Below are positions 17,135 to 27,322 of a stretch of 64,000 nt of DNA, piece by piece (position 1 is the first letter of the stretch; each line of letters opens with the position of its first letter). The notes beneath the pieces are model-generated. The model had not been told where the DNA came from, did not search any database, and saw only the letters and a program-made list of their open reading frames with translations. Made by a program: the position numbers and the translations under genes. The stretch comes from Candidatus Omnitrophota bacterium (GTDB taxonomy: Bacteria > Omnitrophota > Gorgyraeia > Gygaellales > Profunditerraquicolaceae): positions 223,002 through 287,001 of the forward strand of contig JAUSED010000009.1 in assembly GCA_030650425.1 (NCBI GenBank), in the 5' to 3' direction.

Positions 17135-18481
17135 TTACCTTCTGCCCTTAATATGGCTGCCTTTGATAAAACCTTCGTAGTGATGCGTAAGTAAATGCGA
17201 TTCTATCTGTTTTAAGGTATCCAACATCACTCCAACGATGATCAATATACCGGTACCTCCAAAGAAAGAAGCTACCAAATATGGAACTTTCAGCCAAGCC
17301 ATAATAAAATCCGGAAAGATGGCAATCACCACGATAAATGTCGCTCCCGCCAGAGTAATCCGAGTCATCACATAATCTAAGAACTCCGCCGTGGGTTGGC
17401 CCGGACGTATGCCCGGAATAAAACCGCCGTATTTTTTCATATTCTCAGAAAGATCCTGAGGATTGAACACAATAGCAGTATAAAAATAACAAAAGAACAT
17501 GATTAAGAGCGCGTAGACAACGCTGTAAAGTATATGCCCGCGGATTAAACTCTCCGCAAATCTCTGAAACCCCGGGTTAGGAATAAATGATGCCAGAGTC
17601 GCAGGAAAAAGTATGATTGACTGGGCAAAAATAATCGCGATAACTCCCGAGGTATCTACCTTTAAAGGTATATAGGTAGACTGTCCACCGTAAATCTTTC
17701 TCCCCACAATCCTGCGCGCGTATTGAACGGGAATTTTCCTCTGCCCTTGAGTAATCATAATCACCGCGAAAACTACACCTATTAAGAATGCGGCCATAAT
17801 GATCAACGTAAAGGGCTGAATCTGGCGGCGAGCGGAAGCAAAAGGCGAAACCAAGACGAATAACTGATGCATGGCTGCCGGGATTCTAGAGATTATACCC
17901 GCGGTAATCACTAAGGATATACCATTACCGATGCCCCTCTCTTGAATCTGCTCACCAAGCCACATAATAAAGATTGTCCCAGTAGTCAAAGTCAAAACAG
18001 TAATAATGCGGAAACCCCACCCCGGAGACATAACAATCCTTAAGCCTTCGAAACGCGCCGGATTTTCCAGCCAGAGAGCTATAAAATACGACTGAATCAG
18101 AGCTAAAGCCACCGTACCATAACGCGTAAATTGATTTATCTTTTCATAACCTGCTTTTCCCTCTTTAGCGATCTTTTCCAAAGCAGGAATTACCGCGGTC
18201 AATAGCTGTAGGATAATCGACGAGGATATATAAGGCATAATCCCCAAGGCAAAAATGGTCAACTTCTCCATAGCGCCGCCGGAAAACATATTAATTATGC
18301 CAAAGATCGTTCCGCCTTGCGTGCGGGAAATACGGTTAAAAAATTCTGCCAGGGCAGCCCCGTCGATCCCGGGAGTAGGAATATAGCAACCGACCCGGTA
18401 TACGGCGATCAACGCGCCGGTGATAATCAAACGCCTTTTTAAATCAGGGATCTTGAAAGCATTGATTAGCGCGCTAAACAT
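17135..18481 (-). CDS. secY: Preprotein translocase SecY
   Basis: IFALGIMPYISSSII, WLGEQI..GIGNGISL, GGFIPGIRPG. Confidence 0.98.
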   Translation of the reverse strand: MFSALINAFKIPDLKRRLIITGALIAVYRVGCYIPTPGIDGAALAEFFNRISRTQGGTIFGIINMFSGGAMEKLTIFALGIMPYISSSIILQLLTAVIPALEKIAKEGKAGYEKINQFTRYGTVALALIQSYFIALWLENPARFEGLRIVMSPGWGFRIITVLTLTTGTIFIMWLGEQIQERGIGNGISLVITAGIISRIPAAMHQLFVLVSPFASARRQIQPFTLIIMAAFLIGVVFAVIMITQGQRKIPVQYARRIVGRKIYGGQSTYIPLKVDTSGVIAIIFAQSIILFPATLASFIPNPGFQRFAESLIRGHILYSVVYALLIMFFCYFYTAIVFNPQDLSENMKKYGGFIPGIRPGQPTAEFLDYVMTRITLAGATFIVVIAIFPDFIMAWLKVPYLVASFFGGTGILIIVGVMLDTLKQIESHLLTHHYEGFIKGSHIKGRR

Positions 18482-18989
18482 TTGCTCTCAGTAGTATAAT
18501 TTCCGCGATTCCGCCTGCCTTCTTAATCTCTTCGGAGGCTTTTTTAGAGAACGCGTGAGCCTGCACTGTGAGAGGGTTCTTTATAACGCCTTCCCCAAGT
18601 ATCTTAACCAGTTTATGTTCATCTTTAATTAAGCCTTTTGCCCTTAATAGTTCCGGATTAATGATCGCCTCCTTAATCTTTGCGAGATTCGCCAAGTTAA
18701 CGATCTGATATTCCTTTTTAAAGTTACTATTAAAGCCGCGTTTAGGCATCTTCCGGATTAAAGGAGATTGACCTCCTTCAAAACCTAAATAGAAATGCCT
18801 GCCAGCGCGGGAAGTCTGTCCCTTACTGCCTCTGGTCGAAGTCTTTCCATGCCCTGAGCTGGATCCTCTCCCTAAGTATTTCCTGCCTTTATGAGCTCCA
18901 GCCGGAGTTTTCAGGTTAAATAAACCAACTAACTGCGGATAATCTAATTCTGTTTTCTTAATTTTTTTGACGGAAGTTTTGCTTTTCAT
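18474..18989 (-). CDS. rplO: 50S ribosomal protein L15 (N-terminal extension)
   Basis: GRGSSSGHGKTSTRGSKGQ, GFEGGQ, PKRGF. Confidence 0.95.
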   Translation of the reverse strand: MKSKTSVKKIKKTELDYPQLVGLFNLKTPAGAHKGRKYLGRGSSSGHGKTSTRGSKGQTSRAGRHFYLGFEGGQSPLIRKMPKRGFNSNFKKEYQIVNLANLAKIKEAIINPELLRAKGLIKDEHKLVKILGEGVIKNPLTVQAHAFSKKASEEIKKAGGIAEIILLRANV

Positions 18990-18990
18990 T

Positions 18991-19443
18991 TTAGGGCTTT
19001 AGGCTCTTTAGACCCTCAACTGTAGCTTTAATAACGTTAATAGGATTATTGGATTTAAGGCACTTGGTTAAAATATCTTTAATTCCTGCCGCTTCGCAGA
19101 TCGCGCGCACCGGGCCTGCCGCGATTACGCCTGTTCCTTCTGATGCCGGCTTAAGCATAACCTTGGCCGCGCCAAAGTGGCCGATAACTTCATGAGGAAT
19201 GGTCGAGCCTTCGAGTTGAACCCTAAAAAGGCTTTTCTTGGCTTTAGTTAAGGATTTACGGATGGCATCAGCTACTTCGTTAGCTTTATCCAGAGCAAAA
19301 CCAACCCTGCCCTTTGAATCGCCGACAACTACAAGCGCGCTAAAATGCAGCTTCTTTCCGCCTTTGGTAACTTTAGTTACGCGGTTAATCGTAATAACCT
19401 TCTCGATTAATTCCGGTTGATGCTCAATATTTAATTCGCGCAT
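18991..19443 (-). CDS. rpsE: 30S ribosomal protein S5
   Basis: [26 protein letters not shown]. Confidence 0.97.
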   Translation of the reverse strand: MRELNIEHQPELIEKVITINRVTKVTKGGKKLHFSALVVVGDSKGRVGFALDKANEVADAIRKSLTKAKKSLFRVQLEGSTIPHEVIGHFGAAKVMLKPASEGTGVIAAGPVRAICEAAGIKDILTKCLKSNNPINVIKATVEGLKSLKP

Positions 19444-19446
19444 AAT

Positions 19447-19806
19447 TTAAAACTCCATTCCGCCTTTTCGTAAAGATTCGGCAAATGCCTTTACTCTTCC
19501 ATGGTATAAATAACCCGCACGGTCAAATATTATTTTACTGATACCTTTCTCTTTAGCCATTTTGGAAAAGGCCTCTCCGAATAAAATTGCTGATTTAATA
19601 TTTCCGTAAGCTATGCCTTTTTGTCTGAAATCTTTATTCGCTGTAGAAAAAGAAAACAACACTTTATTCTCAGTATCATCAATAATCTGGGCTGAAAGAT
19701 TATTCAAAGAACGCCGGATAACTAAACGCGGCTTATCCTTGGTCCCCTGCATCTTCATTCTGATCCGGTTATGTCTTTTAACCCTTAAGAGTTCTTTTCT
19801 ATTCAT
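19447..19806 (-). CDS. rplR: 50S ribosomal protein L18
   Basis: PRLVIRRS, AQIIDD, FDRAGYLYHGRV. Confidence 0.97.
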   Translation of the reverse strand: MNRKELLRVKRHNRIRMKMQGTKDKPRLVIRRSLNNLSAQIIDDTENKVLFSFSTANKDFRQKGIAYGNIKSAILFGEAFSKMAKEKGISKIIFDRAGYLYHGRVKAFAESLRKGGMEF

Positions 19807-19807
19807 T

Positions 19808-20359
19808 TTATTTTCCGCCGCTGGTTGCTTGAGCCTTGCCGACTTTCTTTTTCACGTATTCTCCGACGAAACGAATCCCTTTACCTTTATATGGCTCAGG
19901 AGGGAATATGGCGCGTATTTCCGTAGAGATCTTACCTACTAACGCCTTATCAATACCTCTGACTACTATTTGCGTTGGCTTAGGAGTCTCTACTTTTATC
20001 CCCGCGGGAATAGTAAAATTCACCGGGTGAGAAAAACCTAAACTCATATTCAAATTATCTCCCTGCACAGCCGCCTTAAAACCAACTCCGATTATTTCAA
20101 GTTCTTTTACATAGCCTTCGGTAACTCCCTTAATCATATTCACGATCAAAGCCCGGTATAATCCGTGCAGTGATTTATCCATCTTGGTATCCGCTACGCG
20201 TAAAACCTTTACTTGCCCGTCTTTGATCTCTAGACTAATCCGGGGTGAAAGAGGCAAGTTTAATTTACCCTTCGCGCCTTCTACCAAAACAGCATTATCC
20301 TTGACTTCGATTTTAACTTCTTTAGGGACAATGATCAGTTTCTTGCCTATTCTAGACAT
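19808..20359 (-). CDS. rplF: 50S ribosomal protein L6
   Basis: MSRIGK, LGFSHP, PEPYKGKGI. Confidence 0.98.
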   Translation of the reverse strand: MSRIGKKLIIVPKEVKIEVKDNAVLVEGAKGKLNLPLSPRISLEIKDGQVKVLRVADTKMDKSLHGLYRALIVNMIKGVTEGYVKELEIIGVGFKAAVQGDNLNMSLGFSHPVNFTIPAGIKVETPKPTQIVVRGIDKALVGKISTEIRAIFPPEPYKGKGIRFVGEYVKKKVGKAQATSGGK

Positions 20360-20369
20360 ATTTCCTTCC

Positions 20370-20765
20370 TTACCAGATATAACCGATTACTTCTCCGCCC
20401 AAACCCTTTTCTCGGGCATCTTTATCCGTCAGAATTCCTCCGGAAGTAGAAACAATCGCTAAACCTCTTCCTCTTAAGACTATCGGAACCTTTTTGTGTT
20501 TGACGTATAAACGTAAGCCAGGACGGGAAATACGCTTGATATTCCTAATCGCGGATTTACCGGCGACATATTTTAAGTAGATTCGGACTTGGCCCTGTTT
20601 TTTATCCTCAATCAATTTAAAATTATCGATATAGCCTTCTCTCTTAAGGATATCCAAGATCGCTTTTATCATATTGGAAGCCGGAACGTCTACGCTATCT
20701 TTCTTGGTCATAATGGCATTACGTATAATCGTAAAACAATCGGCTATTAGATCTGTTCTTGACAT
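20370..20765 (-). CDS. rpsH: 30S ribosomal protein S8
   Basis: DLIAD..TIIRNA, ISRPGLRLY, GLGGEV. Confidence 0.97.
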   Translation of the reverse strand: MSRTDLIADCFTIIRNAIMTKKDSVDVPASNMIKAILDILKREGYIDNFKLIEDKKQGQVRIYLKYVAGKSAIRNIKRISRPGLRLYVKHKKVPIVLRGRGLAIVSTSGGILTDKDAREKGLGGEVIGYIW

Positions 20766-20787
20766 TTTTTCCTCGATTTTGGGTTAC

Positions 20788-20973
20788 TTACCAGCTTGCT
20801 TTCTTTATTCCCGGGATCAAGCCCTGCCAGGCTAATTCTCTAAAACATATGCGGCACAATTGAAACCTGCGCAGATATCCTCCGCTCCTGCCGCAGATCG
20901 CGCAGCGATTATGTTTACGCGTCGAGAACTTTGCCGGCCTCTTCCATCTTGCAATCTGTGAATTTTTCGCCAT
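20788..20973 (-). CDS. rpsN: 30S ribosomal protein S14, Zn-binding (type Z)
   Basis: 61 aa; RCAICGR...LCRICFRE. Confidence 0.97.
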   Translation of the reverse strand: MAKNSQIARWKRPAKFSTRKHNRCAICGRSGGYLRRFQLCRICFRELAWQGLIPGIKKASW

Positions 20974-20981
20974 ATCCTTCC

Positions 20982-21536
20982 TTAGTCCTTGTCGGTTTTA
21001 AAAGGCAAGCCGAACAATTTCAATATAAGGCGGGCCTCTTCTTTATTTCTCACGTTCTTAATTACAAAGGTTATATCCATGCCTTGCGTGCGGGTCAATT
21101 TATCATAATCTATCTCGGGAAATATCCCCTGCTCGCTAAGTCCCAAAGTATAATTCCCCGCCTGGTCAAAGGCATCGGGAGAAACCCCTCTAAAGTCGCG
21201 TATACGCGGCAAAGCGATATTAAGCAATCTATCCATAAATTCATACATCATCGCCCGGCGTAAAGTCACCTTACAGCCAATAGGAGAATTTTCTTTAAGC
21301 TTAAAATTTGAGATCGCTTTCTTTGCCCGGCGCATAATCGACTTTTGTCCTGTGATTGCCGCTAATTCATCCATCGCCCTTTCTAAAATTTTAACATCTT
21401 GCAGTGCTTCACCTACCCCCATGTTCACCACTATCTTATCTATGCGAGGGCAGGCCATTCTATTCTTCAACTTTAATTCCTGCATCATCTGCGGGACTAT
21501 TTCTTTCCTGTATTTTTCCAATAATCTAGGTACCAT
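20982..21536 (-). CDS. rplE: 50S ribosomal protein L5
   Basis: [28 protein letters not shown]. Confidence 0.98.
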   Translation of the reverse strand: MVPRLLEKYRKEIVPQMMQELKLKNRMACPRIDKIVVNMGVGEALQDVKILERAMDELAAITGQKSIMRRAKKAISNFKLKENSPIGCKVTLRRAMMYEFMDRLLNIALPRIRDFRGVSPDAFDQAGNYTLGLSEQGIFPEIDYDKLTRTQGMDITFVIKNVRNKEEARLILKLFGLPFKTDKD

Positions 21537-21537
21537 T

Positions 21538-21849
21538 TTATATTACCTCTTTACAAGCTTTACAAACCCTGGACTTTGTGCCATCTTTAAGAATTAAAAA
21601 TCCTACTCTCGTAGCCCGATCGCAGTGTTTACAGACTAACATAATATTGCCCAAGGCAATAGGCATCTCAATTGAAACGATCCCACCTTGAGTATCCTGA
21701 CGCGTCTGGCGCTTATGTTTTTTAGCCAAGTTTATTCCTTCCACCAGCGCGCGGCCATTAGCAGAAAAAACCTGGACAACCTTTCCCTTTTTCCCTTTAT
21801 CTTTCCCTTTTATGGCTTGAACGATATCGCCTTTTCTTATTTTCTTCAT
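21538..21849 (-). CDS. rplX: 50S ribosomal protein L24
   Basis: KGD.V..IKGKDKGKKGKV, VEGIN. Confidence 0.97.
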   Translation of the reverse strand: MKKIRKGDIVQAIKGKDKGKKGKVVQVFSANGRALVEGINLAKKHKRQTRQDTQGGIVSIEMPIALGNIMLVCKHCDRATRVGFLILKDGTKSRVCKACKEVI

Positions 21850-22218
21850 TTATATTACCTCGGGAGCCAAAGAAATAATCTTGGAGAAATTCCTATCCCT
21901 TAATTCGCGGGCTACCGGCCCGAATACACGCGTGCCCCGGGGATTAGACAGTTTATCAATAAAAACTAAAGCATTCCGGTCAAACCTTAATACTGACCCA
22001 TCCGAGCGCCTTATCGCCTGGCGCGTCCTGACAATAACCGCCCTTGCCACTTCTCCCTTTTTAATCGTAGCGTCGGGAGATGATTCTTTAATGTTCACGT
22101 TAACCACATCACCGATCTCGGCATTGGGACAATTCTTTTTACCCAAAACTCCGATTAAAGACGCACGCTTTGCGCCGGTATTATCCGCTACATCTAATAT
22201 AGTACGCAACTGGATCAT
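21850..22218 (-). CDS. rplN: 50S ribosomal protein L14
   Basis: [27 protein letters not shown]. Confidence 0.98.
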   Translation of the reverse strand: MIQLRTILDVADNTGAKRASLIGVLGKKNCPNAEIGDVVNVNIKESSPDATIKKGEVARAVIVRTRQAIRRSDGSVLRFDRNALVFIDKLSNPRGTRVFGPVARELRDRNFSKIISLAPEVI

Positions 22219-22544
22219 TTAATCTCCTCGTCTTCCTTCGGCTTCGCCGATTGGCGAACCGGCAAAACAGGCTCTTTAATCTCGATTTTATCGACAGCCC
22301 GCGCTTTTTTCACAATCTCCAGGACTCTAAAATGCTTATCCTTGGAAAGCGGCCGGGTTTCTTCTATGCGCACCGTGTCGCCAAGTTTAGCCAGACCTGC
22401 CTCATTATGGGCTTTAAATTTATTGTAACTTTTGGCTACGCGGGAATACTTGGCGTGTTTACTCATGCGCATCACGCGCACAACCACTGTCTTCTGCATC
22501 TTATCGCTTATTACCGTACCTGTGAATTCTTTTCTCTTACCCAT
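22215..22544 (-). CDS. rpsQ: 30S ribosomal protein S17 (C-terminal extension)
   Basis: [23 protein letters not shown]. Confidence 0.97.
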   Translation of the reverse strand: MGKRKEFTGTVISDKMQKTVVVRVMRMSKHAKYSRVAKSYNKFKAHNEAGLAKLGDTVRIEETRPLSKDKHFRVLEIVKKARAVDKIEIKEPVLPVRQSAKPKEDEEIK

Positions 22545-22547
22545 TTT

Positions 22548-22748
22548 TTATTCTTTCTTTGTATTTAATGCTGTCTCTACCACCGCTAATTCCCTCTTAA
22601 CTAGAGAAAACAAATGCGGCTTCTCAACTCTACCGGAATAACGTTGAGCATTAAGTTTAAAAAGCTCATCCTTGAGAGATTTCTCTTTATCTAATAATTC
22701 CGCTTTTGATAAATTGATTAATTCTTTTGCTTTTAGTCTTTTGGCCAT
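22548..22748 (-). CDS. rpmC: 50S ribosomal protein L29
   Basis: 66 aa between rplP and rpsQ; KAKEL..LS..EL, ELFKL, KRELAVVET. Confidence 0.9.
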   Translation of the reverse strand: MAKRLKAKELINLSKAELLDKEKSLKDELFKLNAQRYSGRVEKPHLFSLVKRELAVVETALNTKKE

Positions 22749-22749
22749 A

Positions 22750-23166
22750 TTATTTATGTATACGCGTTATAAACTTCGTCCTGAGCGGTAATTTATAAGC
22801 AACCAGCCTGAAGCATTGACGGGCATACTCTTCGGGAACACCCCCTAACTCAAACATTATCTTACCTCTTCTAACTACGGCTACCCAATGATCAAGGTCG
22901 CCCTTACCTTTGCCCATACGCACTTCTGCCGGCTTTTTGGTTATGGATTTATCCGGAAAAACCCTGATCCAGAGTTTTCCTCCCTTATGCAGCTGCCGGG
23001 CGATAATTACGCGCGCCGCTTCAATCTGGTTATTTTTTAACCAGCCATTTTCCAGACTCTTCAATCCAAATTCACCAAAGGCCAGATCCGCGCCGCTGGT
23101 GGCAACTCCCCGACGCTGTCCCTTTTGCAATTTACGGTATTTTACTCTCTTAGGCATTAAAGGCAT
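22750..23166 (-). CDS. rplP: 50S ribosomal protein L16
   Basis: PKRVKYRK, QIEAAR, EVRMGKGKG. Confidence 0.98.
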   Translation of the reverse strand: MPLMPKRVKYRKLQKGQRRGVATSGADLAFGEFGLKSLENGWLKNNQIEAARVIIARQLHKGGKLWIRVFPDKSITKKPAEVRMGKGKGDLDHWVAVVRRGKIMFELGGVPEEYARQCFRLVAYKLPLRTKFITRIHK

Positions 23167-23167
23167 T

Positions 23168-23860
23168 TTAATTCATCCCCTTCTTAGCCCTATCTTCCTG
23201 GACGTTGCTTGCCGTTTCCTGAATAACTTTTTTTTCCAATACATCTCCTTTATAAATCCAGACTTTAACGCCTATGAGCCCATAAGTAGTAAGACTCTCG
23301 GCAAAACCATAATCTATATCTGCGCGAAAAGTCTGTAAAGGAACTTTTCCGATCTTATAAGTTTCAGTGCGGGACATCTCTGCGCCATTAAGCCGGCCGG
23401 CGCAACAAACCCTTATGCCTTTTACCCCGGCATTGATTGATTGCTCCATAGCGCGTTTTACAGCCCTGCGAAACGCAACTCTCTTTTCCATTTGGAAAGC
23501 GACGTTTTCCGCCACCAGCTGCGCATCCCAAGCGGGATTCTTTACTTCTTCAATATCAATGGCTATTTCCTGCTTGACCATAGTATTTAAATCATCTCTT
23601 AAGCGCTCGATATCCGCGCCGTGCCTGCCGATGATCAATCCTGGACGGGCGCTGAATATCCTGATCCTTATTTTATCCGCTAACCTGTCGATGACGATCT
23701 TAGAGATCGCGGCCTGTTTAAATCTTTTCTTGATAAATTTACGGATATTGTAGTCCTGATAGATAAACTTAGGATAATCCTTGTGTCCGGCATACCAACG
23801 GGAATGCCAGTTTTTAATAAAACCGATCCTTAAAATTAACGGACTAACCTTTTGCCCCAT
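23168..23860 (-). CDS. rpsC: 30S ribosomal protein S3
   Basis: MGQKV, ARPGLIIG, GRLNGAEMSR, RADIDY. Confidence 0.98.
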   Translation of the reverse strand: MGQKVSPLILRIGFIKNWHSRWYAGHKDYPKFIYQDYNIRKFIKKRFKQAAISKIVIDRLADKIRIRIFSARPGLIIGRHGADIERLRDDLNTMVKQEIAIDIEEVKNPAWDAQLVAENVAFQMEKRVAFRRAVKRAMEQSINAGVKGIRVCCAGRLNGAEMSRTETYKIGKVPLQTFRADIDYGFAESLTTYGLIGVKVWIYKGDVLEKKVIQETASNVQEDRAKKGMN

Positions 23861-23864
23861 GTAT

Positions 23865-24203
23865 TTATTCTCCTGATTTCAAATCTAATTCGATTTTGAT
23901 ATGTGAAGTTCTTTTTAAGATCGGCTGCGCCCGGCCAAAAGCAGCAGCTTTAAACCTTTTCCAGCTTGGACCCGGATTACATACGGCCTTAGAAACATAA
24001 AGCTGGTCGATGTTAAAACCTTTGACCTTAGCATTGGCAATCGCTGATTTTAAAATCTTGATCAGGTATTCTTTCGGACGCTTATTGATGTTTAGAAGAA
24101 TACTCTGGGCTAAGACGGCATCCTTGCTGCGGATAAGATCCATTACCTGCCCGACCTTTCTCGGTGAAACTCTCAAAAATTTTCCTTCTGCTTTAGCGAT
24201 CAT
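23865..24203 (-). CDS. rplV: 50S ribosomal protein L22
   Basis: RVSPRKV, KSAIANA, KRTSHI. Confidence 0.96.
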   Translation of the reverse strand: MIAKAEGKFLRVSPRKVGQVMDLIRSKDAVLAQSILLNINKRPKEYLIKILKSAIANAKVKGFNIDQLYVSKAVCNPGPSWKRFKAAAFGRAQPILKRTSHIKIELDLKSGE

Positions 24204-24204
24204 C

Positions 24205-24492
24205 TTAAGTCTTTTCTAACGCCTTCTTGGCTTTTACGCCGCCGTGTTTCCTGAATATGCGGGTAGGAGCAAATTCTCCCAGTTTGTGGCCGACCATATT
24301 TTCAGTCACAAAAACCGGGACATGTTTTTTCCCGTCGTGAACAGCAAAAGTCAAACCTACGAAATCCGGGATGACGGTCGAGCTCCTTGACCAGGTTTTA
24401 ATCGCCTGGCGCGTCCCGGACTTACGCAACTGATCAACTTTTCGTAACAATCTCTCCTCGACAAAAGGACCTTTTTTTAATGAACGCGGCAT
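24205..24492 (-). CDS. rpsS: 30S ribosomal protein S19
   Basis: [25 protein letters not shown]. Confidence 0.98.
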   Translation of the reverse strand: MPRSLKKGPFVEERLLRKVDQLRKSGTRQAIKTWSRSSTVIPDFVGLTFAVHDGKKHVPVFVTENMVGHKLGEFAPTRIFRKHGGVKAKKALEKT

Positions 24493-24493
24493 T

Positions 24494-25330
24494 TTATGGT
24501 TTCCTTCTCTTTATGATGAACTTATTGGAATATTTTTTACGATTTCTGGTGCGATAACCTTTAGTAGGCTTGCCCCAAGGAGTAACCGGATGCGGATTAC
24601 CCTGGCCTGACTTTCCTTCACCCCCGCCATGTGGATGATCCACAGGGTTCATCGCTAAACCTCTTGACTGTGGCTTTACGCCAAGCCACCTATTTCTGCC
24701 TGCCTTACCTAAATACAGCGCTTCATGTTCCACATTCCCCACTTGGCCAATAGTAGCATGGCAATCAAGACTGACCAGCCTCACCTCGCCGGAAGGAAGC
24801 TTTATGTGGGCATAGTCCCCTTCTTTAGCCATAATCTGGGCGCTGGAACCAGCGGAACGGACAACCTGACCGCCTTGGCCTTTGCTCAATTCTAGATTAT
24901 GGATAAGTGTCCCTGAAGGCATATGCCTTAAGAGCAAACAATTACCAGTCTGAATTTCTATATCCTTTTGATTGCTTGAAATAACCGTCTGCCCCACATC
25001 CAACCCCACAGGAGCTAATATATACCTTCTCTCCTTATTTGGATACTCGACCAAGGCGATCCGGCATGAACGGTTAGGATCATATTCAATAGCGATTATC
25101 TTAGCCGGAATCTCAAAAATATTCCGCTTAAAATCAATAACTCTTAGCATCCTCTTATGCCCGCCGCCGCGATGCCTAGAAGTAATCCTTCCGTAAGAAT
25201 TTCTGCCACCGGATTTCTTTAAAGGCCGCAACAATGATTTTTCCGGCTTATCCTTGGTAATTTCAAAGAAATCCGGGCCGGTCATATGCCTGCGCGAAGG
25301 TGTTGTTGGTTTAAAGTATTTAAGTCCCAT
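24494..25330 (-). CDS. rplB: 50S ribosomal protein L2
   Basis: [29 protein letters not shown]. Confidence 0.98.
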   Translation of the reverse strand: MGLKYFKPTTPSRRHMTGPDFFEITKDKPEKSLLRPLKKSGGRNSYGRITSRHRGGGHKRMLRVIDFKRNIFEIPAKIIAIEYDPNRSCRIALVEYPNKERRYILAPVGLDVGQTVISSNQKDIEIQTGNCLLLRHMPSGTLIHNLELSKGQGGQVVRSAGSSAQIMAKEGDYAHIKLPSGEVRLVSLDCHATIGQVGNVEHEALYLGKAGRNRWLGVKPQSRGLAMNPVDHPHGGGEGKSGQGNPHPVTPWGKPTKGYRTRNRKKYSNKFIIKRRKP

Positions 25331-25331
25331 C

Positions 25332-25613
25332 TTATGAACCTACCTCTATTTTCTGTCCCGCCTTTAAAGTAACTACCGCTTTTTTGGAATCCGGAGTACG
25401 ACCTAATTGATGGCGTACCCTTTTTAATTTACCAAAAGAGATAAAAGTATTAACATCTTTGACTTTGACCTTATAGAGCTGTTCAACCGCGCTCTTAATC
25501 TGGATCTTATTCGCTTTTATACCTACAAGAAAAAGATACTTGGCACTCGGCTCATAGACCGTTGACTTTTCCGTACGCATCAAAGACTTGATTATATCCT
25601 GCGCATAATTCAT
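25332..25613 (-). CDS. rplW: 50S ribosomal protein L23
   Basis: [22 protein letters not shown]. Confidence 0.95.
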   Translation of the reverse strand: MNYAQDIIKSLMRTEKSTVYEPSAKYLFLVGIKANKIQIKSAVEQLYKVKVKDVNTFISFGKLKRVRHQLGRTPDSKKAVVTLKAGQKIEVGS

Positions 25614-26263
25614 TTGGCCAGCCTTTTAGTAAGCTTGGTTAAACCGTCTTTAGTAATGATTAATTTTTTATGCGCTAACACTTCATAGACGTTGGTATCA
25701 GAAGCAAGATTGAATCTTAAGAAATCGATGTTCCTTAAAGCGAGTTTGGCGTTAGCGCCAGCCTCGTTCAATAGTAAAAGCACAGACGAGCCTTTCTTAT
25801 TTTTAGCAGCGCTCACTTTAAGGTTAGTAAATAACTTTAGCGCTTCTTTAGTCTTGGTTGTATCCAGCTTGAGTTCGTCCAATATGATAAAATTATTCTC
25901 TTTCACTTTAGCGTTAAGGCTTGATTTTAAAGCCACTGCTTTTATTTTATCAGGAAGGGTGTAAGAAAAATCCCTTGGATGCGGCCCAAAGATTACACCG
26001 CCATGCCTCCAGAGAGGAGAACGGGTTGAACCTACGCGTGCCCGGCCTGTTCCTTTTTGTTTCCAAGGTTTTTTACCACCGCCGGATACTTCGCCTCTTG
26101 TTTTTGTGGCGGCTAGACCTTTTCTCTGATTAGCCCGATAGGCAGTAATCGCCTGATAGATGGCTTCAGAGTTGATTATGCCGTCAAAAACCGAAGCATT
26201 TAATTTTACTTTATCTACTTCTTTGCCTGCCGTATTATATATAGGTAAGGTAATAGCTTCCAT
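25610..26263 (-). CDS. rplD: 50S ribosomal protein L4
   Basis: TKTRGEVSGGGKKPWKQKGTGRAR. Confidence 0.98.
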   Translation of the reverse strand: MEAITLPIYNTAGKEVDKVKLNASVFDGIINSEAIYQAITAYRANQRKGLAATKTRGEVSGGGKKPWKQKGTGRARVGSTRSPLWRHGGVIFGPHPRDFSYTLPDKIKAVALKSSLNAKVKENNFIILDELKLDTTKTKEALKLFTNLKVSAAKNKKGSSVLLLLNEAGANAKLALRNIDFLRFNLASDTNVYEVLAHKKLIITKDGLTKLTKRLAK

Positions 26264-26266
26264 TTT

Positions 26267-26929
26267 TTATTTCTTAGTAGGCTTTGCTTTAGTCGTAGCT
26301 ACGGGATTTTTAGCCTTAGCCGACTTTTTTATGGCTTTTTTAATAATTAGATAACCGTTTTTAAATCCCGGAACAGCACCCTTTACTAAAAGTATATTAT
26401 TTTCAAGATCGATCTTGACTATTTTCAGGTTCTGGGTGGTTACCCCGATAGCTCCCATATGCCCGGGCATATGATGCCCTCTCCATACTCTTCCAGGAGT
26501 AGTAGTTGAACCTATCGAACCAACACGCCGATGCGAAGTTGATCCATGAGTCATCGGACCGCCATGCCAATGCCAGCGTTTCATCCCTCCCTGAAAACCT
26601 TTACCTATAGATATACCGCTGACATCTACAAAATCTCCCGGAGCAAAGATATCCAGTTTGATCTCTTCTCCAACTTTATATTCTTTGGAAGGTTCCTTAG
26701 GAAGTTCTCGGATAAACTTACGGCAGACAATATTTAATTTTTTAAAATAGCCTGCCTGGGGCTTCTTTAAACTCTTCTCTTTAACCTCATCAAACCCCAA
26801 TTGGATATTTCTTTCCGTAATTGCTAATACCGGACAAGGCCCTGCCTCCATCGCTGTGACGTTCACAAGAGAACCGTCCTCAGCAAAAATCTGTGTCATG
26901 CCAATTTTTTTGCCTAATATTCCGATCAT
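26267..26929 (-). CDS. rplC: 50S ribosomal protein L3
   Basis: [28 protein letters not shown]. Confidence 0.98.
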   Translation of the reverse strand: MIGILGKKIGMTQIFAEDGSLVNVTAMEAGPCPVLAITERNIQLGFDEVKEKSLKKPQAGYFKKLNIVCRKFIRELPKEPSKEYKVGEEIKLDIFAPGDFVDVSGISIGKGFQGGMKRWHWHGGPMTHGSTSHRRVGSIGSTTTPGRVWRGHHMPGHMGAIGVTTQNLKIVKIDLENNILLVKGAVPGFKNGYLIIKKAIKKSAKAKNPVATTKAKPTKK

Positions 26930-27234
26930 TTTATTTCCACATCCACCCCTGAGGGCAGATTTAATTTCCTCAATGAATCAATCGTCTTAGCTGTTGGTTC
27001 GAATATATCGATGAGTCTTTTATGCGTGGATAAATCGAACTGTTCGCGGGACTTTTTGTCAATAACCGGAGAACGTAAGACCGTATAGATTTCCCTTCTG
27101 GTAGGAAGAGGAACCGGGCCGGCGATTTTGGCGCCGGTCCGTTTAACAGTCTCAACGATCTCTAAAACCGCCTGGTCCAAGAGCCGATGATCATAAGCTT
27201 TTAATTTTATGCGTATCTTTTGTGCGACTGACAT
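26926..27234 (-). CDS. rpsJ: 30S ribosomal protein S10
   Basis: [27 protein letters not shown]. Confidence 0.98.
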   Translation of the reverse strand: MSVAQKIRIKLKAYDHRLLDQAVLEIVETVKRTGAKIAGPVPLPTRREIYTVLRSPVIDKKSREQFDLSTHKRLIDIFEPTAKTIDSLRKLNLPSGVDVEIK

Positions 27235-27236
27235 AT

Positions 27237-27322
27237 TTTATGAGCGCTTGACTTACGAACACACGGTGTGAGTAAGTCAATGCGCGAATTAACTCAGCCC
27301 TTACATGCAAGGGCTGAGTCAC
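27237..27322 (+). repeat. Two-hairpin element (long variant) filling the tuf-rpsJ spacer
   Basis: AT-GA-GCGCTTGACTTAC-GA-ACAC-ACG-GTGT-GA-GTAAGTCAATGCGC-GA-AT, then AACTCAGCCCTTACATGCAAGGGCTGAGTCAC; near-identical to 39396-39481. Confidence 0.92.

Noticed and set aside
27291-27321. Rho-independent terminators at the GC-rich hairpins after tuf, rplJ and trpE
   Set aside because: There is no U-tract on the coding strand, and the hairpins are parts of a repeated element inside operons.
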